Shown here piece after piece: positions 1 to 13,573 of a stretch of DNA of 64,000 nucleotides (its first letter is position 1; each line of letters begins with the position of its first letter). Under the pieces are notes generated by a model, which was given only the letters and a program-made list of their open reading frames with translations, did no database searches and was not told the DNA's origin. Source of the stretch: Mercenaria mercenaria (lineage: Eukaryota); contig NC_069372.1 in NCBI RefSeq assembly GCF_021730395.1, positions 64,284,221-64,348,220 on the forward strand. Direction: 5' to 3'. The position numbers and the translations under genes were made by a program.

Positions 1-60
1 GCGTGTCTGTGGATACCCCCAGCGTGTCTGTGGATACCCTCAGCGTGTCTGTGGAAATGT
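1..60. repeat. 21-bp tandem repeat (agcgtgtctgtggataccccc) x about 3, truncated by the window start
   Basis: Direct reading of positions 1-60. Confidence 0.5.
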
Positions 61-589
61 GGCGTTTTTCATATTACACCACCACTTTGCGCAACAGAAC
101 GTATATTGTGTGTTTAGCTGTATCGTTTACATTTTGTATTTGCAAGTTCTGTATAAGTTGTTAAATGTACATTTTGTGTATATTTCATATTATTTTACTT
201 ACTAGTTTTAAAGATAACATGTAGTAATAATTTAAATAAAAATAAATCACACAATACCTTTAGTAGCAAAAGCCCTGGCGAAACAACCTCCTCTTCAGAC
301 CTTTATATAAGATTTTATCTTGAAATTACTTAGGAATAAAACAATTCGTGATTAGCATACTCATTGTAGCACCTTGTCAAACTGCATTACCTAGTGACTC
401 GGGTATTCTGAGGACACACAGTACAGTATGCACGTACTACTCAGTACAAGAGAGTTATAGTGACCCTAAGTCGCTCGCATGATATTGACTATATGTATTA
501 CATGGTAACAAGATAATGAACAAATTATAAATTTCAAATTAGCTCAGTCGGACACTTAAAGTGGCCGAGTGCACCTACTTAATTAAGTA

Positions 590-1160
590 AATTGGGAGGC
601 GACGTTATAACAATGCGACAGACCAAGTTTGATGATATCCATCTCGTGATTCATGGGACGAAGTTGTTTCAAAGACGTTTTCTTCTATTTTTAACTCTAA
701 CGGCCCCTAAAAGGTACAAAGTGCTCTTCTCACTACTTTTAACAAATCTGGAGGATGCTACATACCAAGTTTGATGACGATCCGTTAAGTGGTCCACGAG
801 AAAAAGTTGTTTAAGGCTTTTTTTCCTTATTTTATCTGAAGCGACCCTTAAAGAGGCCAAGTGTCCACGAAGGATTCATCAAGCGGTTCATGAGAAGAAG
901 TCGTGTTTTTTTAGCTCCAGTGGCCCCTAAAAGGGGTCAATCGCCTACATTTGAATAACACTGGGAGTGGAGATTACAGTGATGATACAGACCACGTTTG
1001 ATGAAGATCCATGAAGCGGTGCATGAGAAGATGTCGTTTGAATTTTGTTCTGAGTTTAGCTCTAGCGACCACAAGAAGGAGCCAAACGTCTCCATTTGAA
1101 CATGAACGAGTCGAATGTTCGTGTTTGATAAGGGTCCATCCAACCATAACATCTACAAAA
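590..1160. repeat. Degenerate tandem repeat (about 180-bp unit, 3 units; ..accaagtttgatga..ggcccctaaaag..), with a further related unit at 1800-1900
   Basis: Recurring blocks gtttgatga..cat..g..catg(g/a)ga..aagt(t/c)gt and ..ggcccctaaaagg.. Confidence 0.4.
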
Positions 1161-4100
1161 GAACAATTAAGCCATGTAAGAGTGGCATGCCGTTAAAGAG
1201 AATTTTTGAAGCCAAATGGTGCCTAGGCAATTTCCGTAATGTATTAGCAAAAAAAAAAAGTAATTGTGAGCCAAAAATGGGTCACTGTCACGGCCAATGA
1301 GACCACAAACGACAGAGACCCGAGACATGGTTGCAGACAGTACAGAAGGTAAGGTGGCAAGCTCGCCCTTACAAGGGCGGTTTGTCACCGCATGGTGTAG
1401 GCTGGTCTCTGGTCGCTGGTCTCGCCCCCTCCCCACCCCCACCTGTTGAGTATAGGCCTTGAGAAAATCGGGGTCTTCTCTGCATTCCGTCTATTGAAGC
1501 GCCGATGTACTGGTAGGTCTTCTATCTCGTCAACACATCCGTGCCACTCGAAGTGTCCCGCGAAGATGTCTACCGCAGTGTTCATCGCTGTCTGCATAGT
1601 ATAGTTGATTACCTCGTGCAGGATTATCGAGAGTTTATGGCCCAACCTCGTCGTCCCAAGGCCTTTGTAGAGCCACTCCTTCCGGTCTTAGTCGGGACAC
1701 CGACGGCTGCACCCCAGTATAATTATGGTCTACATCCGTCGATGCCCTGTACCTTCTCCGCGACGTGGACGCTCCGTAGGTAAGGAGAAATTGAACATGA
1801 AAAGAAGTCTTCAAAGGTATTTCTATCTTAGCTCCTGCGGCCCCTAAAATGGCAAAACCCTCACATTTGAACAAAATTAGAGAAGACTCTGACAGGATGC
1901 AATAGAACACGTTTAATGACCAGTAGTATCAGAAAAGATGTTTATGTAAGTTGTAGACGACGGTCGATGTACATAAACTAAAAGCTCACCCAGAACCTTA
2001 GGTTCAGGTGAGCTAATAAAGATGTTTTTGACTGGCCTAGATACTGTTTATATACAGCCATCTTATCAACATCCCGCTGTGACGTATTCTGTTCGGAGAT
2101 CGATTACCTTGTAATGAAAATGAGGACAGTTATCTTTCTTACTAGTTTTTCTTCTGTACGATTCTTTTCAATAACTCGTATGTATGCTTAATACAAAGCA
2201 TCTTTGGGCAGCCGCGGCTGGCAGGAGTTGGATCCGGGTGGACTTGGGCAGACCAACAGTATATATTGGTTATGTTAGGCTTACGTGGACTTACGTTGAA
2301 TTCATGCTACTTTATAAGCCATCACAGATATCTAATAAATTAATAAATAAATGGTAATACATTTTGTATTTAAACGCGGCTGTAGCTGATTTCAAAACCG
2401 CGGCCTTCAGACGGAAGAACTCTACGAAGACGTGAATCTTCTTAATAAGTTACACAAAGTCTGGAAAGATAAGATACAGTTGAATATAAGTTGATTAAAA
2501 AAGAGTGCCAAATTTGTCCTATGTATCGCCTACTTTGCAGCTTGAAAGGGGTGTGGCATACGTATATTGCCACAAGAGACATGAATCAAAATTGATAATG
2601 TGGAAGAATTCGTAAATTCAATGTCATCTGGGAGTCATATCAGTATATGTCATGTGTCATTAGCTACATTAGCAAATGAATAAACAATGAAGCTACACAA
2701 ATCTTTTTCATTGTAACGAAGTTAATATCCTGATAATGATAAAAAGCACTCTCGCCCTACACTGACTAATCTTACCTTTTAAACACGTAAACATGTAGAA
2801 ATCGAAAAACGAACCAAGATATAACTGCGGTGAAATTTGCTCAACCCGGACTCACTTTCGTGCCTGTCATTATGATTTTGTTCGTAGATTTTACCGATCG
2901 CATTAGTTCGTGGTAAAGGCAAAGTGCCGACAGTGGTTGGGTAGGGAGGCTACACTGTCCAACCCTCCCCCACAGGAGGGTTTATGGGGGCTCCCTTAAG
3001 AAAAAAATAGAGTATATGATATGAAAAACACACTTTAGTGCATTATTATATAAAAGAAAAACATTACCTTTTCACTCCACGATCTACGCCGGGTACTAAT
3101 ACCGATTAAGGTTCGTTTTGTAATGTGTCCATCTTGCGATGGAGGTTTCGGATGCAACACAGGACTTACTCTTTGGAGGTGTATGTTTATATTCTTCATG
3201 ACGGAGCTCCTGGTTTATCTCATTCGAGAAAAATTAAAAGTAAAAATGTTCAAACAATTTTTCCTACCATCAATGTCTCTCATGCTGATACATTAGATTT
3301 CTATAAAAAAAGTTCTTATTTCAAACAATGACAAGGATGTTGCTAAAAAGACTTGATATCAGTACAGCTCACCACAGAGATAAGAGCAGAATGCGTTTTA
3401 ATAAATAGTTTGCGTCGTAAAATTAAAATAAAACTTCATTAAGTTGAACAGAACATTCAAAATACGTATTAATTAATGATTACAGAATAAATGAAGTTAC
3501 ATCAATTGATCATGATTCCACATGTTTATCGTCTGCATATGATGCTTAAACAGCAACTTCGCGCTTAATATTCTTCTAAATAAGTGAAAATAGTCCATCA
3601 ATTATATTTTGATAAAAATAAAATATATATGAACTATAACGATAAATCATTTTCAAATGAATTTGCCTTTGGCACCAACAAATTCATCGGTTTATTTTGA
3701 ATCTTAATCATACTTTGAAATCAGATTTGGTTTGGAAAAAAATATTGTAGGGAATTAAACATAAAATAGCCATTAAACGTAGGTATTTTCTGGTGGAGCA
3801 TGCAATCAAACCCCAACCTCCCGATCCCCAGGTTCCGTAAATTATTTCTCCGGTTATAATTGCTAAAGTGCGACGTGACGATGGGAGGGGTGCGAATTTC
3901 AATTCGGGATCCGAATGTTACACGAATGAAAAATGAGTGTTGTGAATGTTTGGAAATAGCTATTTGGTGGGTTTTAACAGACTTATTTATTACATATATA
4001 GGGGTGTCAGGGCGTAGCGCAAACCAATTCTGAAGCTACTCAGCGGAAGGATCCTTTTCAGTTTGTTTCGGGCCAATTGAATCTCCTCACAGGTAAAGTT

Positions 4101-4639
4101 CTGAAAATAGAAATAAACTTGTTGTTTCTTGTAAAAGCGACTTGCAAGTATGACCTGCGTAGATCTATAAAGCAAATGACAAACACGTAGCTCAGCATAC
4201 TAATACACGCACAGGCATATCGTCATTTTTCGACAATAAAACTATTTAAAAAAAGAAATTCAATAAGTAAAATTTGAGGGCTGAGGATATGAGGTAAAAG
4301 ATAAAATGAAGATTCAAAGAGACTTTTTGAACACATTTAATGTTGAACTGATGTATACAGTACATTCTGCCTTAGCGTTCACCTACAGGTATTAATTAAG
4401 CAGCCACTTGCCTTAAGTAGCCAATCAATAAACTTCCCAAACTGACTTTTCTATTGATATAATTATGGGCAGCATCTTTCATCCTTGGCTGATACTACAA
4501 TACTGGAGCTTATTTCAAACTTTACCCTGCTAACTTTTTAAAATGAACTGGTCCATTCATTTTGTGCAGTACCAATTATTATTCCAAGGGGTGTTCACTG
4601 AAAAATTTATGACTGAATAGTACGGTGTTCCGTTGGGGC

Positions 4640-4990
4640 CATCGCAGTTTCGCGTTGTCGTCCTAAGGGCGAAATCGCGAAAACACGATATTTTGACGCG
4701 AAAACGCGATACTTTGACGCGAAAACACGATGCTTGAACGCGAAAACACGAAACAGAAAATATCTCGTTTTCGCGCTGTTAATATCGTGTTTTCGCGTTT
4801 TCGCCCTCGATCTGACATCGTCTTTTCGTGTTTTCGCCTTCGTGGTAAGTAGGGCGAAAACGCGAAAACACGATATTGGCAGCGCGAAAACGCGATATTT
4901 TTTGCATCGTGTTTTCGCGACCTTGTATCGTGTTTTCGCGTTTTCGCCCTCTCAACTTCAAAGGCGAAACCGCGAAAACACGATGTTTCA
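4640..4990. repeat. Cluster of about 14 copies of the motif GCGAAAAC(A/G)CGAT(A) in alternating orientations, forming nested imperfect palindromes
   Basis: For example, 4776-4799 atcgtgttttcgcgttttcgccct pairs with 4848-4871 agggcgaaaacgcgaaaacacgat. Forward copies at 4677, 4700, 4723 and 4745; reverse copies at 4776, 4905, 4925 and so on. Confidence 0.6.
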
Positions 4991-7900
4991 ATATCATAAT
5001 TTCGTCTTCTGGTAAGACTTGCGCAAACGCTTGCAAGACATTTCGAGACCGTAAATTCGACTCCGATACATTTCAACCCCAACTTACGATGTTCCTTGGA
5101 CATTTCAACCCCTCCTTGGACATTTCAACCCAAATCTATGATAAGCATAGCAGGGTAAAAGATGTCATTTTTTTAAAGCGGTGTACATATTTATCCCTTT
5201 TTCGACACGCACGGAGGTTAAAATTTGTAGCAGTGTAGTTATTAATCCATTTTAGAGTTAATTGATAAAGATAATACGTATAACATGTAATTCCCCACAC
5301 TCCCATCCTCACAATAATCTCTATCAAGTTACTAAGTAACATGTGTTACTTAGTACATTAGATAATTGTCCACATATTCCTCAGTTGCTTTACGTTGAAA
5401 GAATATGATGTGGTCTCTGGACAGTCGACTGTGGTGGATGCCACTGGATCCGCGCATGCTAATTTAAACATAGGGTTTATTTGACAGAAATGATTTATTA
5501 TGTAAATGTATGTATTTACAGTCTTGTGTCATTTTCTGGGGACAAAACATGGTCGTGCTGCAAAACAAACATGGCAATTTCACTTTTTGTATTATTTTTT
5601 CTCAGCAATTATTGTTTTGTGTCTGTTTCTTGTCGCAAAAGTTGCGTTAGATTCTGCTTTATGCAACTTATTTAGTAGGAATTGGACTTGTACGAACAGA
5701 GTGGAATACACATTATATAAGGAGGCAGACACGAGAAGGAACACCTTGTGGAAAGCCAGACATTTTATATTTGTATCCAGAATTATATGGTAAAGGAATT
5801 TCAATTATGGTCTTGCCACAATAAACATTGTTTTTTACATTCAATTCCTTGTGATTCATGAAATATAAAGTATTGACTTCCATGTTCTTAGTTTTTTTTT
5901 TTCTTTTCTTTTTTTTTATATACGACAGTTGACGTGTTTTCTCGAAGAGAAGATCTTAAGATATTTTGCTTAACGGTTTTTATCATGTGTAAAAACGTTA
6001 AATGGTGAAGAATTTGAAACATTTAAAACAGTAGTAGCTCTACGTATATATGCATATGTCATTAAAACACTGACACACATGTATGAAGAGCAATGATTAA
6101 TTTTAATTAGGAAATTTCATTTCATCTCATCTGCAACCGGATCCTGTTTGTCTTCTGTCTAGTAATATCACCTGATTAAGGTCAAACATTAAATATTCTT
6201 CTGTATTTGACTGAACATAATTCCAGGATATGTGATCATGTGATTAAAATGCACAGATACAGATACCGAAAATACAAAGACAAAAGTCATATTTGTGTTG
6301 CTTGCCGTTTTCTTTATATTTTTTCAGATATGTCTCAGTCTTCAGTTATTTTTATATTGTTTCTGACTATACTGTATATCTCTTTTGGGTACTTCGTTCA
6401 AACACTTGAAACAGCATAATAAGCTTAAAAGACTTCGGTTTATCTGACAGAACAAACTACAAACAGTAAATAAACAAGAGGATCGGCCAACTGGTCCTGC
6501 GCTCACCTGAGTAAATGCAGCTTACTGCATTTAAATAGTAAGAAGACAAGTTTTTGTAATATATAAAAGCCTATGTAGCACTATATGACTCCTGGGATGG
6601 GGCAAATTTGACGCTGAGAATGATTTGAATATCATTCGAAATTGTCTAGTAGACAATGATGCACGCACTTTCTGACCTAAAAAAAACGTGCTTTTCGCTT
6701 ATTGTATTTCAAACAATAAAATATCTACTTGCAGTTCAGAAAAGGAGTGGATATAACTACTCTCTATTTTAAACATATTTTCTGATATATTTTTTCCATT
6801 AAAGCTAGAATGAACGCATTGAAGTAAGAAACTATATTTATTCATTAATGTTAGAGTAAAAATACGTATGGTTAAGATCTTGTCCGCATTTGACCGTATT
6901 CATATCTAACACTCAGATAAAACTTCCACCATTTTTACAAATATTTGTTTTTTGCTTTTTTTTTCAAATTTGAATAACGTGATTATTATAGCTGGATGTT
7001 AACTTTCATCTTCTCAAAATGAACATTTTAGAATAATTCTCGATTTGAAAACTTCATATACAACTGACCCTTAGAAAAAAGTTTCTTGTCTAATTCATCC
7101 ATCAGAAATAACCAACATCCTTCATGTCGCACCGAAGGACACAATGGTTGGACCGTTCGCCCGTCAACCGAACGTTTTAGGTTTGGTGTCCGGGTACAGT
7201 CACTTTATCCGTGACTAATATTTTTAAATGAGACAGTGAATTATTGTGGGAAAAGAGTTTATGCCGTAAAAGAATAAAATGTTGACGAAAACTGGCGTAC
7301 AACCCAAACACAATTTTAAGTTAACCAAAGTATGCACAGTCAGACGACAATGAAGTTAACGTCATACATTAAAAGTGTATATACATGGAATAAATAAGTT
7401 ATTGCACTTATGCGTTTATAACCATTAATTGTGTTACGCCGTGTCTCAACAACCTCAATTATGTCACGTCGGTCGCTTAATCAGCCTTTCTTTATAGTTC
7501 TAACCATTAGCACTCTCTGTAAAAAAATTGACATCTTTCCCACTTCATGGAACGCTGTAGCTAGTCTGGCTCGAAGTAACATCTCCGGATCGGGGGGAAA
7601 TTGTATTCTGCTATTTATGAAACAGTTGAAACGGATGAAGCCAATAAATAATGCAACAAACCGTTCAATAAAGGCTGCAAATAAATACTACAAACATAAT
7701 GTGAACTTGGTTGAAAAACTCGGGAAAAAAGACGTAGCGTTTTATCTGTGCTTAAACTTTCCAATTTTCATAGCATCGTAGCTTGAAAATGAATTCGTTA
7801 GTGAAAGAGTTTTATAATCTTATTTAATTCATAAAACATTTCAGGAACATTTTCAGAAATTAACAAAGATTCTATGGAGGGGAAAACGAGCAATAAAATG

Positions 7901-8363
7901 TTTGATAAGAAGTATCATTTTTTCATTACGCCTTTTGTGTGAAACATGCATTCATGTATACACGTATGACGATAAAATCAGAAAGAAATCGGAAAATGGC
8001 TTACAAAATAAGAATACGTTTCAAATGAAATTTGTGATGTTGTAAACTTTTTTTGTGATTAACTTATGTCCTCTAAAATGCAAACAGTTCCTTCTGAAAT
8101 TTTGATGCACAAAATCTGCATGTAAAAATGGGGTGGGGAAAATTAAAGACAATACAGCGAAAACGAAGTCGGTGACCCCCGTATTTTTTCGCTCATTTTA
8201 CAGTAAATAAAATCTATATAATAATTTTAGTTTTTAAAAAAAATATATGGGACAGTTTTTTACACACTATCTTGGACATTCCGCTCGAAAACAATAATTT
8301 CGTAGAAAGATTTTCGCATGACTTTTGCAAAAAGTAAGCGAGTAGTCGGAGTACATGTATGAA

Positions 8364-8985
8364 AACAAGGAGCTGCGTTCAATAAACGCTTGATGCCCCC
8401 GGTGGCATCCTTGTCGATAAAAATGAGGTCAAGGTCAAACTGAGGTCAGGTGATGTTTGACGATGAGGAATGGTCACAGGTTACATCTGTATTAGTATCA
8501 ATTCATTCTTGTAAGCAGTATTGATGCTAAACGAAACAGTCCCATTTGGTTAACCAAGAGATGGCCCATATAAAGCAACCTAAGTCCAAAATGAGGTCAA
8601 GGTCAAGGTCAAACTGAGGTCAGGTCATGTTTGACGATGAGGAATGGTCACAGGTTACATCTGTATTAGTATCAATTCATTCTTGTAAGCGGTATCGATG
8701 CTAGACGAAACGGTCCCATTTGGTTAACCAAGAGATGGCCCATATAAAGCAACTTAAGTCCAAAATGAGGTCAAGGTCAAGGTCAAACAGAGGTCAGGTG
8801 ATGTCTGAAGATTAGAAATGGTCACAGGTTACATCTGCATTAGTTTCAAGTCATTCTAGTTAGGGATATTGATGCTAGACGAAACGGTCCCATTTGGTTA
8901 ACCTCGTACGGACGGACGAACGAACGGACGGACGGACAGGACGATCACTATATGCCTTCCGCATCAGTAGATGCCGAGGGCATAA
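8364..8985 (+). mobile_element. Helitron/Helentron-like non-autonomous element carrying about 3 copies of a roughly 190-bp tandem unit, a (GGAC/GAAC)n microsatellite and a 3' GC hairpin (GATGCCGAGGGCAT) followed by AA
   Basis: The 5' region is aacaaggagctgcgttcaataaacgcttGATGCCcccggtGGCATC. Tandem units each start ..aaatgaggtcaaggtcaaggtcaaactgaggtcagg... ggacggacgaacgaacggacggacggac at 8910-8940. Terminal palindrome at 8969-8983. Confidence 0.5.
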
Positions 8986-10555
8986 TTATATCATCGTATA
9001 GGTTTCAACGGGCCTGTTATATTGAATAGTGTAACTGACACAGTACATTGCAATTAATGCACACAAGATTGCATAAATATTATGTGGACTGTATTGATAT
9101 TGAACTTATTTATACAGAAAACCCTATGAGGTTGGTAATTGACCGACAAAAAAGAAGAAAATAAGTTTCAAAGCTATATGCCTTTGACTGAGCCATATGT
9201 ACTTGCATGCAAAACTTTAACCAAGGTGTGACGCCGACGCCAGGGGTGAGTAGAATAGCTAGACTATTCTTCGAAGTCGAGCTAAAACAAAGATTGCTGA
9301 AAACCTTTATCCAAAAAAGCTCACGCCGACGCCAAGGCGAGTAGAATAGCACTCTTGTTCTCCACATGGTGGAGCTAAAACGCACCCATATTGTCCGAAT
9401 AGTGGAGCTATAAACAAAGTCCTGTAACTGTGCAGATTTTTTTTCTGATAAAAACTTATATGCATATGGGAAAATTAGACCCATCGATTTTTCACACGAG
9501 TGAAAATATTTTATATAGCGCAAAGAAGGAGCCCTTTACTTTATTTAAATTCATGGAAAAAGTATTATAGGTATTTTAGCTTTGCAAACGATGTGATAAT
9601 ATTCAATGCATTGTCTTTCTTATGAATATTTTATTTTAAAAATGAATTTAAAAGAAAATGGTCTTTTTTGCGTATACTTTATGCCTGTCTATCAACAATT
9701 AGAAATATAGTAAAATATGGATAATTTGCTGAAATTTCTTCTGTTTAACAAAGAATAAATAGATTCTTATGTGTGCTTAAAGACCTTTGCAAACGACTTA
9801 GTAATCTATATTCATTTAGCTATTGTTTCATACTAATTTCAGTTTTCTAGGTGAAGAAGAAAATGGTCTTTTTTAAGCATTTTGCAGATGAGTATAGGTT
9901 TTTTTTCCTTATCGGAGAGACTCGAACATTCTCATATGTTTCCGTCAATTCTTACGGAATTTAAGCTCCTTAACGGCAAAGACTGATATCTTCTCACCCG
10001 CTAAACAGCACACATGTACGGATTTATAAATTAGTGGACGCTCCATAATATGATTTGTTTACAGCCAATAGTCAATTTTAAACAGCTTGAGGATCGTAGT
10101 TCAAAATTTAAAAAAGAAACGTTGAAATTTTATGCGGCATATTTGGGCAAGTTAGAAGTAGAAAATCAAATTCAAATTTTGAAAGGATGATGTTGAATTT
10201 CGCTTACATTGAATTTCGCACAGACTCGGAAATTGAAATTAAAATAAAAAGAATTCGTCGAATTTCGAGGCAGAGTTGAAATTAGATCCAGCAGGATGAC
10301 CGATATTCAAATATTTTGAGGGGAGCGGTCGTCCAGTGAATAATGTGTCGGCCGCTCAACCAAGGGGTCGTGGGTTCGAGCATCCGTGAAAGGTCTCACG
10401 ACCATGACTTCTCATATGACACCAGTACTGGGTTTTCCCGGAAGCTGGCTGTTTAAAAGATAGTTTCACATTCAATACCAGTTTTAAATTCGATTGCTTT
10501 GAAAATTCGAGCATGCTTGAAATATAATGCCGAGAATAATCTATTTAGATTTTTA

Positions 10556-10880
10556 ACAAGGAGCTGTATTCAATAAATGCTTGATGCCCCCGGTGGCATC
10601 CTTGTCGATACAAAGCAACCTAAGTCCAAAACGAGGTCAAGTTCAAGGTCAAGGTCAAACTGAGGTCAGGTGATGTCTGAAGATGAGGAATGGTCACATG
10701 TTACATCTGCATTAGTATCAAGTCATTCTAGTAAGGGGTATTGATGCTAGACGAAACGGTCCCATTTGGTTAACCTCGTACGGATGGACGGACGGACGGA
10801 CGGACGGACTAACGGACGAACGAACGGACGGACAGGACAATCACTATATCCCTCCCGCATCAGTAGATGCCGGGGGCATA
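10556..10880 (+). mobile_element. Second copy of the same family with a single internal unit (no tandem expansion), (GGAC)n microsatellite and 3' hairpin GATGCCGGGGGCAT
   Basis: Same 5' end (aacaaggagctgtattcaataaatgcttgatgcccccggtggcatc) and same 3' end as 8364-8985. Only the number of internal units differs. Confidence 0.5.
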
Positions 10881-13128
10881 AAAACTTGAATTTCGATATA
10901 TCCGATCTTGTACGATTTTTAATCTGTGAATCTTGAGCAGATCGCAGTTTCAGTATTATACTGAAATTCAGCTTTTCAAAATTTGAAGTACGATTTTCGA
11001 GATGGCTCGACACTAATTGCTTGCTCGATATTTGACTTTTTCATTTCAATATCAATCTTGGAACAGGCTGTTCATTCAATACGAGATCGAAATTTGGCGT
11101 TTGGAATATTATAAATTTCGATCATTGAGCTGGCCCGAAATTAAAAGCTATTTTGCAATTTGACGTTTTTCGATTTTCAGGTGTAGCTTAGGATCAAAAT
11201 TCGATAAGTTATGAAGTTGAATTTCAATCTTCGAGCTGACATAAAATTCTAAGCTATTTTGGACACCGCTCACGACATAATAATAAATGTGCAGTTATTT
11301 GATTACATAAAAACTACTTAAATCTTTATTTCATAATCATGAACATCAAAGAAAGTATTATAAAAGCGAGTTTCCATATGATTGTAAGAAAGTAGAAATT
11401 ACTTTTGGAAAGTCATTGTTTGGTTTTATAATAATGTGTTTGTTGAGAATACCGTTATAAATGGTATTCTGATTAAACCACCAATAGCCATTTAGGTTTC
11501 TATTTTCTAATCTATCTTTGCAATCACTGTAAATTAGGCTTAACAATCAGGCCCGTAGCCAGAGGTAAAAAAATAGGGAGGCATTTGGTAGGGATCCATG
11601 GGCATGCTCCCCTGGGATTTTTTTAGGATGCCATTTCGTGCGTTTTTCTGCATTTCAAACATATTTTTGTTACTTTTTGAAACAGCCAACATATTTGCGA
11701 TTATTGTCACTCTAAAACGCCAATTTAAAGGCATATGGTCATGTTTGCTTGCTTGGTATAATGTTATTCGAACCATATCATATATCATGTATAAAAACAA
11801 GAAAAGCTATCCCACTCACATTCTTTACTGAAGTTTATTTTATACAGTGAAAGATTTTCAACAAATGATTTTACAACAACAACAATAAACTGATGTCAGG
11901 TTGACATTTTAAGATATCATTTCATGATTCTGACACGCAAATAAAGAAAAGAAATTTAAATAATCTTCAAACGATTTACCAAATATAGCCGGTAATACTA
12001 AATCAAGTTTTGGAGTCAAGGATGTTACATATTAAGTTACATTTGCATCGTAATATAAACACGCTAAATGAAACAATATATACAATACCGTGGAAAAAAT
12101 GATCTTAAAATGTATGAAGCGTAATGAATGCCGCAAAGTAAGTTTTTATGCCTTTTTAGTTGTTAGTTGGTTGGATCTCATTACATGGTAATATGGGCAT
12201 AAGTTGCAGCGTCATTGAATTTGTGAAATAAAATAGGAATAAAAAGCACCTGATAACTCCGTTCGAATAATAGAAACAGACAGCAGCCTCAAACTATTGC
12301 ACTTTTAGTTTTCATAGCTTTAAATATATCCATAATATTTGTGTCAAACAAATTAAGTAATTCATTGCAGATACCAAATTCAAACTTTGATCTTCCCCTT
12401 TCATTTTCAAATAAGCTCCCAAATTGTAGTATCAGGGCCAAGGATGAGGGCTCATGGTGTTGCCCATATATCAAAACAATATTGAAGTACTTTCCATTCA
12501 AAACAATAGTTTCTGCGTTCTTACTCTTTTAGCAAACTAAGTGGAATGGGACTATAGCAAACCTATCTTAAGCAGCCATCAAAGGAAGCGACTCAGCGTG
12601 ACTGCTTAAGAAGGACGGCTGCTTAAGTCATGCTGAATAGCTACTTAATACAGTTGATCGCGAAGGCAGGATTTATTCTATACCTCTATTACAGTTTAAT
12701 AGATTATATTTTTATCAAATGTGTGCAAAATGTCTCCCTAAATCTTCATTTTAGCTCGACTATTCGAAGAATAAGGAGAGCTATCCTACTCACAACGGTG
12801 TCGTCGTCACACCTTGGTTAAGTTTTTCGTATCAGTTCACATTTTGACAAATCCTTTTGTCATATAGCTTTCAACACTTGTGTACCTTCACCATGTCAAG
12901 TTTTAGGCTAGAGTACACAACTCTGTCAAGGATTTTGACCGAATTATGGCCCATTTTAACGTAAAATCTTGGTTAAGTTTTCCGTACCAGTTCATATGTA
13001 GTGTAAACTGTTTTACATATGGCTTTGAAACTGTGACAAAGCCTAAAAATAAAAAGGGTAAAATATCAAATATTTAGTCTTTATTGTAGCCTCATTACAG
13101 ATACATATAAGAATTAGCATATTTAAAC

Positions 13129-13573
13129 TAGGGCCGGGACGATTTCAAAATTTTGAAACCGGTTAATCATTTGTTTGAAATCGAATCGAACCGGTTAATC
13201 GGCCGCCATATTGAAAATGCTCTTTTCTTTCCTGATGACCGTATCAAGGTACTTCCAGCAGCTGACTTCATTAGGAACTTACGGACTTCATCATTTGCAA
13301 GCAGTCTGATAATTAATTAGTCATATTTTGGTGTATTTCAATTTGAATATTTTACGACGGGCAAATCCAAGACTAATGATTATGTTGATTGATGTGTTTT
13401 AGGGAAATATACTATGGGTCAATGTGCTGGTCAAAGAAATTAGAAATATATAAAGATAAAGTACGATTCGTGATATTTATTGTTTAAGAGCGATTAGCGG
13501 TTTTGCAAAATTGAAACCGGTTTCACATAGTAATTGAACCGGATCCGATTAACCGAGTAATCGTCCCAGTCCT
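13129..13573. mobile_element. hAT-type MITE (445 bp): TIR TAGGGCCGGGACGATT / rc TAGGACTGGGACGATT, perfect 8-bp TSD ATTTAAAC
   Basis: TSD at 13121-13128 and 13574-13581. TAGG termini with an 8-bp TSD are the hAT signature. Internal ccggttaatc sub-repeats. No ORF. Confidence 0.65.

Noticed and set aside
4663-5238. Four overlapping ORFs of 85-146 aa on both strands
   Set aside because: They lie entirely within the GCGAAAACACGAT inverted-repeat cluster. The reading frames are created by motif periodicity.
9110-9523. 137-aa ORF on the minus strand
   Set aside because: It overlaps the roughly 105-bp tandem repeat at 9180-9420 and has no recognisable domain. The spurious repeat-derived ORFs at 14398-14736 and 3125-3331 are rejected for the same reason.
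10320-10400. Possible tRNA gene (GGTTCGAGC B-box-like motif)
   Set aside because: No complete cloverleaf could be built: the T-stem does not pair and no acceptor stem was found. More likely a SINE or tRNA-derived fragment.
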